Assembly (NCBI GenBank): GCA_964446535.1
Contig: CAYUOR010000002.1
Span: 43,372-107,371 of the forward strand
Direction of reading: 5' to 3'
Length of the DNA: 64,000 nucleotides
Source of the DNA: an uncultured Candidatus Saccharibacteria bacterium
GTDB lineage: Bacteria; Patescibacteriota; Minisyncoccia; Phycocordibacterales; Zambryskibacteraceae
Position numbers and translations under genes: made by a program. Positions within the stretch are counted from its first letter, which is position 1. Every line of letters begins with the position of its first letter. Of this stretch, positions 54,958 through 63,253 are shown in pieces. The notes beneath the pieces were generated by a model that saw only the letters and a list, made by a program, of their open reading frames with translations, was not told the origin of the DNA and ran no database searches.

Positions 54958-55031
54958 TCCGCCCGCCACGATTCGAACGTGGGACCCCCGAGGTATAAGC
55001 TCGATGCTCTAACCAGCTGAGCTACGGGCGG
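54958..55031 (-). tRNA. tRNA-Ile with anticodon TAT (UAU), C1-G72 acceptor pair
   Basis: D-arm GCTCAGCTGGTTAGAGC (Ile/Ala/Met type), anticodon stem TCGAG/CTCGG, loop CTTATAC, T-arm CCACG-TTCGAAT-CGTGG, acceptor CCGCCCG/CGGGCGG. Confidence 0.65.
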
Positions 55032-55053
55032 AAAGATTTAATATATCACAGTG

Positions 55054-57198
55054 TTATTCAAAGTGAATTTTACGCTCACTAGAATCCAAGCGCTCCTTAA
55101 GTAGCGGAAATTTATTAAGCCCGGGATCAAGTTCAACAAGCCTTGTTGCTTCTGCTCGCGCCGCCTCAACCATCTTTAAATTCTTAATCGCTTCCATCCC
55201 GACATCCGAGATACCCCACTGTCTCATCCCCGCGAGCTCTCCCGCCCCGCGCTGTTTAAGGTCGTACTCGGCGAGTTCGAACCCATTTTTGGCGGAGACT
55301 AGAGCTTTCAGCCGCTCACGCGCCTTGTCTCCCCGGCTTTCGGTGAAGACGAAACAATATGCCTGGTGATTGGAGCGGATGACTCGACCGCGGAGCTGGT
55401 GGAGCTGGGCGAGACCGAAGCGCTCCGCACCTTCTATAATAATGAGCGAAGCGTTTTCTACATTGACGCCCACTTCGACGACTGAGGTGGCGACAAGGAT
55501 ATCCAATTTTTTATTTTTAAACTCCAACATTATCTTTTCTTTCTCGGCGGGCTTCATCTTGCTGTGAAGAATACCTATTTCGTACTCACCGAAGACTTCT
55601 TTTTTCAGGCGCTTCGCCTCTTCCTTTACGGATTTGGCAAGGACCGCAAGTTCTTTTGTCGGGTCGGGTTCGTCTATACGCGGGCAGATAACGTAGAGCT
55701 GCCGTCCAGCTTTTAATTCTTCACGTACTTTCTCGTATGCTTGCAGCCGCTTATCCGGAGCGACAACTTCCGTGATAATTTTTTTCCTACCTTCCGGCAT
55801 CTCGTCTATGAGAGAGAGGTCGAGGTCGCCGTAGAGTGTGAGGGCGAGGGTTCTCGGGATGGGAGTCGCGGTCATAGAGAGCAGGTGCGGAGTAAGCTCG
55901 TTTTTTGTCACAAGCTTTTGCCTTTGCGCCGTGCCGAAGCGGTGCTGTTCGTCAACGATGACAAATGCCAGGTGTTTAAACTTAACCGACTTTTGAATTA
56001 GCGCGTGAGTGCCGATAAGGACCGAGATTTCGCCCGAGGCTACCCACTTAAGAAGCTGGGCTCGAGATATATCTGTGGCGCCATCGGGATTAATCTTCGA
56101 TGGGAATTTTTTACAACCACTTCCTGTGATGAGAGCAATATTTATCGGCAAGTGGGAGAAGTATTTTATAAACGAGTCAAAGTGCTGTTGAGCGAGTATT
56201 TCTGTCGGTGCCATGTAGGCCGACTGGAGGGTGCCTGACTGCGCAGGCAGGCCGAATTCATTAAGAGGGCGGGAGGTGGTGACGGCGTAGACCGCAGTAG
56301 CGGCAACAGCGGTCTTGCCCGAGCCGACGTCCCCTTCGAGAAGGCGCGACATCGGGTGTCCGCGGCGGAAATCGAGAAGGACGGTTTCTATGGCGCGTCT
56401 CTGTGCTGCTGTTGCCTTGAAAGGAAATCTCGAAATAAAAGTTTCTACATCCTCAGGTTTCTTGTCTATGACGAAGGCGGCGCGCTCTTTAAACTCGTGC
56501 CTAAATTTTTGTCTCTCAAGCTGGATGAAAAATATTTCTTCAAAGGCGAAGCGCTTGCGCGCCGCTTCGGCGTGCTCGAGCCTCTTCGGTGCGTGGATGT
56601 ATATGAGCGAAGTGCGCAGGTCGGGGAGATTGTACTTTTTCAAAATCTCGTCTGGCAGGGGGTCAACAAGGGGGTCCAGGACCCTGCTTGCGAAAGCCGT
56701 CTGCACTTTATGATAAAGCCAGTTGGAAGTAACACCGCGAGTCTCGGGGTAAACGGGGTAGAGAGAGTGCGCGGCAGTTTTTGTAAAAAGGTCGGGAGCT
56801 GTTTCGATTTTCGGATTTGAAAAGTAGAGAGAGCCGTTCCGCTCGGAAACCTTGCCCTCAACACGGACGCGGGAATTCTCGGCAAGCATTTTTGCCAAGT
56901 AGGCTTGGTAGAACCAGACGATTTTTATTTTGCCCGTAGCATCTTCGACAAAGCCCTCTGCCATGGGAATTTTTTTCCTGAAAGCTCTGCTCGTTTTTAG
57001 TTTGCTGATTTGTCCGAAGACGACAGCTGTTTCACCCTTCTTCAGATCGACAATATTGGCAATCTCCGCCGAGTCGCCATAGTAGCGGGGGAAGTAGTAG
57101 AGAAGGTCACGAACCGTCTCGAGCCCTAGGCGCTTGAGGGCGGAGAGCTGCCTCGGCAGTATTCGGAAGACGTCGGAGAGTTTATCACTCGGATGCAT
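55054..57198 (-). CDS. recG: ATP-dependent DNA helicase RecG
   Basis: wedge domain plus SF2 helicase motifs GDVGSGKT, DEQHRFG, and a TRG-type motif in the C-terminus. Confidence 0.9.
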   Translation of the reverse strand: MHPSDKLSDVFRILPRQLSALKRLGLETVRDLLYYFPRYYGDSAEIANIVDLKKGETAVVFGQISKLKTSRAFRKKIPMAEGFVEDATGKIKIVWFYQAYLAKMLAENSRVRVEGKVSERNGSLYFSNPKIETAPDLFTKTAAHSLYPVYPETRGVTSNWLYHKVQTAFASRVLDPLVDPLPDEILKKYNLPDLRTSLIYIHAPKRLEHAEAARKRFAFEEIFFIQLERQKFRHEFKERAAFVIDKKPEDVETFISRFPFKATAAQRRAIETVLLDFRRGHPMSRLLEGDVGSGKTAVAATAVYAVTTSRPLNEFGLPAQSGTLQSAYMAPTEILAQQHFDSFIKYFSHLPINIALITGSGCKKFPSKINPDGATDISRAQLLKWVASGEISVLIGTHALIQKSVKFKHLAFVIVDEQHRFGTAQRQKLVTKNELTPHLLSMTATPIPRTLALTLYGDLDLSLIDEMPEGRKKIITEVVAPDKRLQAYEKVREELKAGRQLYVICPRIDEPDPTKELAVLAKSVKEEAKRLKKEVFGEYEIGILHSKMKPAEKEKIMLEFKNKKLDILVATSVVEVGVNVENASLIIIEGAERFGLAQLHQLRGRVIRSNHQAYCFVFTESRGDKARERLKALVSAKNGFELAEYDLKQRGAGELAGMRQWGISDVGMEAIKNLKMVEAARAEATRLVELDPGLNKFPLLKERLDSSERKIHFE

Positions 57199-57202
57199 CT
57201 CT

Positions 57203-57886
57203 CTATCTTACCGCTTTGTCGGAGACAATCTTTCCGTCGTCGAGTGTCACGATTCTCTGTGTCAAGGAGCTGTATTCCTCTTCGTGAGTCACCATGATGA
57301 TAGTCTGACCCTGTTTATGCACCTCTTGGAACAGTTTCATAATAGAGCGGCTGGATTCGTTGTCTAAGTTCGCCGTCGGCTCGTCGGCAAAAAGCACTTT
57401 CGGCCCGTGCGCCAAGGCTCTTGCGATAGAGGTGCGCTGTTGCTCTCCGCCCGAGAGCTGGCTTGGCAAATTTTCCAGGCGATGTCCGAGACCGACACGT
57501 TCCAGAGAGACTTTAGATTTTTCGTAAGCATCGTGTTTTGAAAGACCCTGCATCATGAGAGGCACGGCAACGTTTTCCATAGCAGTCAGGTCTGGGAGCA
57601 GGGCGTAATCCTGGAAGACGTAGCCGAGCTCCGATAAGCGGAGATTCGTCTTTTCTTCGGCGGTCATGTTGTGCGTATCTTTGCCGAAGAGGTACACCTC
57701 GCCCGAAGTCGGATCGTCGAGAAGAGACATCTGGTACATGAAAGTAGATTTGCCCGCACCCGACCTGCCCATGATAGAGATCCACTCTCCCTCTTCGGCG
57801 ACGAAGTCTATACCCTTAAGGACGCGCGTCTCCTTACTGCCGTCGATGAAAGTTTTTATTAAGTTTTCTACTTTGATTAAAGGCAT
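57203..57886 (-). CDS. ABC transporter ATP-binding protein (MacB/LolD/FtsE-like)
   Basis: Walker A GRSGAGKST, signature LSGGEQQR, Walker B LFADEPT. Confidence 0.85.
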   Translation of the reverse strand: MPLIKVENLIKTFIDGSKETRVLKGIDFVAEEGEWISIMGRSGAGKSTFMYQMSLLDDPTSGEVYLFGKDTHNMTAEEKTNLRLSELGYVFQDYALLPDLTAMENVAVPLMMQGLSKHDAYEKSKVSLERVGLGHRLENLPSQLSGGEQQRTSIARALAHGPKVLFADEPTANLDNESSRSIMKLFQEVHKQGQTIIMVTHEEEYSSLTQRIVTLDDGKIVSDKAVR

Positions 57887-57889
57887 GTT

Positions 57890-59137
57890 TTAGTTTCTCC
57901 CAAGGATGGAATCAAGAGTATTTTTCCTGACGATCATCCTTGCGGGGATGTAGCCCGCGATGACTGTTGTAATCATAAGTATGGCGATTTTCACCGCGGT
58001 ACTGTCTAAGGGCGCGACGAGAATGCCGTCGGAGAAGGGGAAGTCTATGGGGTGCGTGGCGATAAACGGCTCGAGAAAGGCATATAGGAGAACGAGCCCG
58101 ATGCCGGAGCCGACCGCGGCGTAGAAAAAGGACTGGAAGACGTAGGAGATTTCTATGGTTCTTCCCGAAACACCGATACCCTTAAGGATGCCGATAAACT
58201 TTCTTCTCGTTATGGCGTTGATGAAGATGACGATAAAGATGGTGATGGAGGCGACGACGAGGCCTATGGAGCTCATCAGGTTTCCGAGGAGGGCGAAAGT
58301 ATCTTTGATATCCTCCAGGAATTTCGGCTGAGCCTCCTCAAAGGTTTGGACTCTCGCATATTCGCCGACACCACTTCTCAAGAGCGCCTCTTTAAAGAAA
58401 ATGGGATCGGCACCAGGCTTCAGACGGACAGAAATTTCGCCGACGTTGTAGTCGTTCCTTCCTATAAGGTCGCGAAACTGGGTGTCAACGAAATAGACTC
58501 GATAGGAGAGTTCATCCACCTTGGATTTCACAATACCCTTGACTGTCACCTCGCGCTTTATGTTGCCGAGAGTTATACGCACCTTGTCTCCGACTTTGAC
58601 GTTATCAAGTGTCGGGAAGCTTGCCGTCTCGACGGGGAAGTATTCTGTAAGAAGGTATGACCCTAAGAGGACCTGGTCGTAGTCTGTCGGTAGAAGATAC
58701 TCGCCGTCTATAACGAAGCGCGAGATCCCTGTCAGATCTTCCTCGGCGACGGGGTTTATGCCGACGAAGGGTGCCCCTGCTCGGTCAATCTCTTCGTCCT
58801 TAGTCGCTTCCTTGTAACCGGCTTCAACATTGCCGGAAGAGAGGTAGCGCGCCGAGACGGCGAGAGTCTCGGGCATGGATTTAATAATATTTAAAACTTG
58901 CGGGCTCTGTTCTATATAATCTTTCTTCTCGAGGGTGGAGATAAGGATGTCGGAGGTGTAGAGATTTTTATTCGCCTGGACCGCGCCTTCGATAAGCCCG
59001 ACAAGAATCCCCGAGACCACAACCAGGTTAAGAAACGTCAGGGTCATGACGAAGATGATTAACCCCGTCGTCCACTTACTGGCGCGGCGCATCTGGCGTA
59101 GAGCGAGGAAAAAGCCTAGGCGGATAAACTGCGGCAT
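57890..59137 (-). CDS. ABC transporter permease (FtsX/MacB-type, 4 TM with large extracytoplasmic loop)
   Basis: FtsX-like C-terminal TM bundle; adjacent to the ATPase. Confidence 0.8.
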   Translation of the reverse strand: MPQFIRLGFFLALRQMRRASKWTTGLIIFVMTLTFLNLVVVSGILVGLIEGAVQANKNLYTSDILISTLEKKDYIEQSPQVLNIIKSMPETLAVSARYLSSGNVEAGYKEATKDEEIDRAGAPFVGINPVAEEDLTGISRFVIDGEYLLPTDYDQVLLGSYLLTEYFPVETASFPTLDNVKVGDKVRITLGNIKREVTVKGIVKSKVDELSYRVYFVDTQFRDLIGRNDYNVGEISVRLKPGADPIFFKEALLRSGVGEYARVQTFEEAQPKFLEDIKDTFALLGNLMSSIGLVVASITIFIVIFINAITRRKFIGILKGIGVSGRTIEISYVFQSFFYAAVGSGIGLVLLYAFLEPFIATHPIDFPFSDGILVAPLDSTAVKIAILMITTVIAGYIPARMIVRKNTLDSILGRN

Positions 59138-60595
59138 CTACTTAGCGCTAGGGTTGGTAATGATTTGTGATCCCTCGGGAAGCGTAGAGAGAAGCTCAAC
59201 CGAGCCGGAGGAATCACGTTCACCGACCGTTACTGGAGTTTTCACCTCCTTGCCGTCCGAGCCCAGTATATAGACGAAGGATTCCTCTCCTTCCACGACG
59301 ACTGTTCTCTCGGGGATAAGGAAGACCGAAGGCTTTCTAGAAGTTTCAATTTCTATATTGGCGGTCATACCGGAGCGCACTAACTCAGACTGATTTGTCA
59401 GGGCGAGGCGGACTTTGTATGTAGAGACACCGTCGCGGATAGTCTCGGCTGGGTCTATGTGTATGACACGAGCTTGGAACTTCTCTTTCTCGCCGTAGGC
59501 GTCAAGTGTGACAGAAGCAGTATCACCGACCTTTACTCCCGAGATAGAAACTTCTGGCACAAAGGATTCTATCTCGAGTTCGCGGCTGATGACCGAGATT
59601 ACTTCGGCATTCGCGGCGACAGTCTGCCCGACCTTCGCGTCCTGCTTCGAGACGACACCGTCTATGGGAGAAGAGAGAGAAGTTTTGGAGAGCTGTGAGC
59701 GAGCATTCGCGAGAGCGGCACGAGCGGCCTCAACCCGTGCGACCTGTACAGGCACATCGAGTAAAAGGTTTTTGAGATTTTCTTCCGAAGAGATGAGACT
59801 CTGGGTTGCGGTGTTTAGAGCGGCCTCGGCTGCGGCCATAGTTGTTTTGTATCCGTCTATCGTAGTCTGCGAGAGCCAAGCCGATTCTTCAAAAAGATTT
59901 GCCGCCTGGGAAACTTCCGAGACGTAGCGGGCGACTGTGGCCAGGTTTTCTCGAGACTTGGAGAGCTTTTCTTCTGTGTAAGTTGTGAGTGAGAGACCGG
60001 TTGTAATATTTCTCCAGTTCTCGAAGAGGACATCCATCTTACGTCGAGTACTGTTTATAGAGTCGCGGAGATTCACATCCTTTGAGAGGTCGCCGTTTAT
60101 CTCGGGGAAGCCCGAGTGGATATTGATAAAGAGCTGATCGGCTTTCTTATAAACAGCGTCGTCGGCGACGGCGCGGGCGTTGAGGATACTCTGGATCACA
60201 GCGCGCTTCGAGTTCGTAATCTGCGCTTCGAAGGTGCCTGCACCCTCGAGCTTATCGAGTCCGGCGAGAGCAAGATTAAGTTCGGCTTCCGCCTTCAGCA
60301 CCTCGGCCGAGATAGTACTTGCATCCAGGCGCGCGAGGAGCGAGCCCCTGTTTACAACAGAGCCGACCTCGCGTGAGACCGAGGCGACAGTACCCGAGAC
60401 CTCGAAGCCGAGATTTACACTCTCTTTCGGAATCACCTTGCCCGAAATTTTGACAGTCCTGACGAGGTCACCGAGAACGGGAGAGACGACCGTTTTCTCG
60501 CCGTTACCTCCCGCCTTGAAGATGAAAATGCCGCCGACTAAGACTACTAGGGCGACAATTAGAAAAACCTTTCTTTGTTTAACAAATGCAAACAT
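59138..60595 (-). CDS. HlyD/MacA-family periplasmic adaptor (long coiled-coil hairpin)
   Basis: N-terminal TM helix, biotinyl/lipoyl-like half-domains flanking a long coiled-coil; adjacent to the MacB-like pair. Confidence 0.75.
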   Translation of the reverse strand: MFAFVKQRKVFLIVALVVLVGGIFIFKAGGNGEKTVVSPVLGDLVRTVKISGKVIPKESVNLGFEVSGTVASVSREVGSVVNRGSLLARLDASTISAEVLKAEAELNLALAGLDKLEGAGTFEAQITNSKRAVIQSILNARAVADDAVYKKADQLFINIHSGFPEINGDLSKDVNLRDSINSTRRKMDVLFENWRNITTGLSLTTYTEEKLSKSRENLATVARYVSEVSQAANLFEESAWLSQTTIDGYKTTMAAAEAALNTATQSLISSEENLKNLLLDVPVQVARVEAARAALANARSQLSKTSLSSPIDGVVSKQDAKVGQTVAANAEVISVISRELEIESFVPEVSISGVKVGDTASVTLDAYGEKEKFQARVIHIDPAETIRDGVSTYKVRLALTNQSELVRSGMTANIEIETSRKPSVFLIPERTVVVEGEESFVYILGSDGKEVKTPVTVGERDSSGSVELLSTLPEGSQIITNPSAK

Positions 60596-60631
60596 TGTAA
60601 GAACAATTTATAACATTTTTCCCATCCATTA

Positions 60632-60892
60632 TCAATTCTTTATTTCAAAGACTTTTCTTTTCGACGTGGCACCCGAGACGAGACGCACTTCGGAGCGCGA
60701 GACGCCGAAGTGTCGAGCTAAGAGTTTCACAATCGCCTCGTTTGCCCGACCCTCTTTCGGCGCCTCCTTTACCGAGACGGTGTAGTACTCCTCCGGGTCC
60801 TTTATGAGCTTCAAGGGCGGGGGAGCGACCTTGTCTTCCTTTGCGCCCGCCTTCGCCCTAACAAAAATTTTCATTGTCTTATAGAGTAGCAT
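60632..60892 (-). CDS. DUF167 (YggU/UPF0235) family protein
   Basis: KIFVRAKAGAKEDKV...AKEGRANEAIVKLLARHFGVSRSEVRLVSGATSRRK. Confidence 0.7.
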   Translation of the reverse strand: MLLYKTMKIFVRAKAGAKEDKVAPPPLKLIKDPEEYYTVSVKEAPKEGRANEAIVKLLARHFGVSRSEVRLVSGATSKRKVFEIKN

Positions 60893-60920
60893 TTTTCGGA
60901 ATTATCAATTTTTAATAGCT

Positions 60921-60997
60921 AGCTCATTAACCTATGAAATACTATGAAATTTTGCAAAAAGCTTGACTGGAATATAGCACATATGATAACCTATGAA
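60921..60997 (+). promoter_or_regulatory. Direct repeats AACCTATGAAATA (x2) / CTATGAAAT (x3) upstream of hsdM; candidate operator
   Basis: copies at 60921-60933 (followed by tandem CTATGAAAT at 60934) and 60985-60997; TTGACT -35-like hexamer at 60963. Confidence 0.3.
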
Positions 60998-60999
60998 AT

Positions 61000-62703
61000 A
61001 TGAAGAAAACATCAAACGAGAAGGCACTACTCTCAATCAGCGAAGTTTCAAGCATTTTTGGTATTCACCAAGACACGCTTCGTAATTGGGAGAAAAAAGG
61101 ACTTATTACTCCACTCCGTGTTGGTCCACGAAAAGATCGAAAGTACAAGCCGGAAGACATTGAGCGTATTGCGAATGATAAAAGTATTTTCAAGGGGCTT
61201 GATGAACCTCTCGATGATGGAAAAATGAATCTCACCCAACTCAAGCAATTCCTTTGGAGAAGTGCCGATATTTTGCGTGGAAAGATAGACAGTTCTGATT
61301 ACAAAAAATATATATTTGGACTCCTTTTCTACAAACGCATCAGTGATGTGTGGGACGAAGAATATAAAAAAGTTCTTGAGGAATATCATGACGAAGAAAT
61401 TGCTCGCGCAGATCACAATCACCGTTTCCAAGTTCCGAAAGATTGCCGATGGGAAGTAATACAAAAACAAGCAGAGGGTATCGGGCAGAAACTCAATGAA
61501 ATTTTTGATAAACTCACAAACGCAAACAGTCCCAAGCTCGACAAGATTTTTGATGATCTAGATTTTGCCAACAAGGATAAATTTCCAAATACTACTCTAC
61601 AAAATTTAATAAACCATTTTTCAAAACATAATTTTGGAGACAACTACATCAGCTCTGATCTTCTTGGGGATGCATACGAATATCTCATTGAGCAATTTGC
61701 GGCGGATGCGGGTAAAAAAGGCGGAGAATTTTACACTCCGCGTGAGGTTGAGCGGGTAATAATAAACATTTTAAAACCTCACGAGAAAGACCATATCTAC
61801 GATATGGCAGTTGGCTCTGGCGGTTTCCTACTCGAGGCGTATCACTATCTGCGAGAACAAGCTGGAGAAAAGAAAGCTCGCTCACTCTACCTTTACGGGC
61901 AAGAAATAAACATTGGTACATACGCAATTGCAAAAATTAACATGTTTCTCCACGGGCTTGATAGTGCAGACATTCAGCGCGGAGATACTCTTGCCGATCC
62001 AAAATTTTTGAATCCTGACGGATCGCTAAAAACCTATGATATCTGTGTTGCAAATCCGCCCTACTCCATTAGTGAATGGGAAGATCAGATTTTTGCCGCG
62101 AATAAACACGGAATTCTTGATGGTTATGAAATGCCTCCGGCAAAAAAAGCCGATTACGCCTTTGTGCTCCACATGGTGAAGTCCATGAATAAAAACGGTC
62201 GTGCGGGAATTGTGCTTCCTCACGGGGTACTTTTCCGAGGTGGCGCTGAAGGACGAATCCGTGAGCAACTGATAAAAAATGATCTCATAGAGACCGTCAT
62301 CGCTCTCCCCGCAAAGCTTTTCTATGGCACAGGTATTCCGGCGGCGATCGTGATATTTAACAAGAACAAACCAGAAGCTCACAAGAATAAAATTCTAATT
62401 ATAGACGCGGAAAAAGATTTTGAAGAAGGTAAAAACCAGAATCGCCTTCGCAAAAAAGATATTGAAAAAATTGTTTCGGCTTTTGAGAGTTACCGCGATG
62501 TTGAGAAATATGCTCGCATCGTGGGTATCAAAGAGTTGGAAGAAAATGAGTTCAATCTCAATGTCCGTCGCTATGTAGAAAATGGTGATGAGGAGGAAGT
62601 TGTAGATGTGAAAACAGTTTGGAGTGAATTGAAAGAAATTGAGAAGGAGCGCGAAGTGATTGATAAGAAGGCCGTCAATTATTTAAAAGAATTAAAATAT
62701 TAA
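61000..62703 (+). CDS. hsdM: Type I restriction-modification N6-adenine DNA methyltransferase subunit HsdM with N-terminal MerR/excisionase-type HTH domain
   Basis: HTH LLSISEVSSIFGIHQDTLRNWEKKGLITP; HsdM_N LKQFLWRSADILRG; the AdoMet motif follows within 61800-61830 (frame uncertain); catalytic NPPYS. Confidence 0.85.
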   Translation: MKKTSNEKALLSISEVSSIFGIHQDTLRNWEKKGLITPLRVGPRKDRKYKPEDIERIANDKSIFKGLDEPLDDGKMNLTQLKQFLWRSADILRGKIDSSDYKKYIFGLLFYKRISDVWDEEYKKVLEEYHDEEIARADHNHRFQVPKDCRWEVIQKQAEGIGQKLNEIFDKLTNANSPKLDKIFDDLDFANKDKFPNTTLQNLINHFSKHNFGDNYISSDLLGDAYEYLIEQFAADAGKKGGEFYTPREVERVIINILKPHEKDHIYDMAVGSGGFLLEAYHYLREQAGEKKARSLYLYGQEINIGTYAIAKINMFLHGLDSADIQRGDTLADPKFLNPDGSLKTYDICVANPPYSISEWEDQIFAANKHGILDGYEMPPAKKADYAFVLHMVKSMNKNGRAGIVLPHGVLFRGGAEGRIREQLIKNDLIETVIALPAKLFYGTGIPAAIVIFNKNKPEAHKNKILIIDAEKDFEEGKNQNRLRKKDIEKIVSAFESYRDVEKYARIVGIKELEENEFNLNVRRYVENGDEEEVVDVKTVWSELKEIEKEREVIDKKAVNYLKELKY

Positions 62704-62707
62704 ATGT

Positions 62708-63253
62708 ATGGAGAAATATATAATTTTTGAAGGAAATATTGACCAACAGGCAACACTTAGACTTGTTAACGCAATTCAAAATGCAATAAACCAAGCACCT
62801 CAGGCAACAAAGGTAACTATAATATTTTCCTCTCTTGGGGGAAGTATATATGATGGTTTCCTCTTGGCTTCTTTTATCCAAAACTCAAGAGTTCCGATTG
62901 CTATTCACGCTGTAAATCATATTGATTCAATTGCAAATGTTGTCTATTTATCTGTAAAAGAAAGAACAGCAGAATCTCATACGAAGTTTTATATGCATGG
63001 CGCCTCAACACAAGGAAATTTCGACGAGAAAGCACTTAAAGAACAACTTTCTTCGATTAAGACCAATAATAGTCGCATAGCTCACTTTGTGACTGCAAAT
63101 TCGGGCATTAGTCTCAAGAAAGTGAGATCAATGATGGAAAGCGGAACAACGATTTCAGCTCAAGAAGCTTTAAAGTATAAAATTGTTCAAAAAATAATGC
63201 ATCGTGAAGTTCCTCCAGATGCAATTAGAGAAGAAATAATTTATGTCAATTAA
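62708..63253 (+). CDS. ClpP-like (S14 family fold) serine peptidase paralog embedded in the Type I R-M operon
   Basis: ClpP-like order of motifs: FSSLGGSIYDG (compare INSPGG.V..G), candidate Ser in HIDSIA, candidate His in YMHGAS, C-terminal ISAQEALKYKIVQKIM (compare SA.EA..YGL.D.I). Starts 4 nt after the hsdM stop, and the hsdS start overlaps its end by 11 nt. Confidence 0.55.
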   Translation: MEKYIIFEGNIDQQATLRLVNAIQNAINQAPQATKVTIIFSSLGGSIYDGFLLASFIQNSRVPIAIHAVNHIDSIANVVYLSVKERTAESHTKFYMHGASTQGNFDEKALKEQLSSIKTNNSRIAHFVTANSGISLKKVRSMMESGTTISAQEALKYKIVQKIMHREVPPDAIREEIIYVN

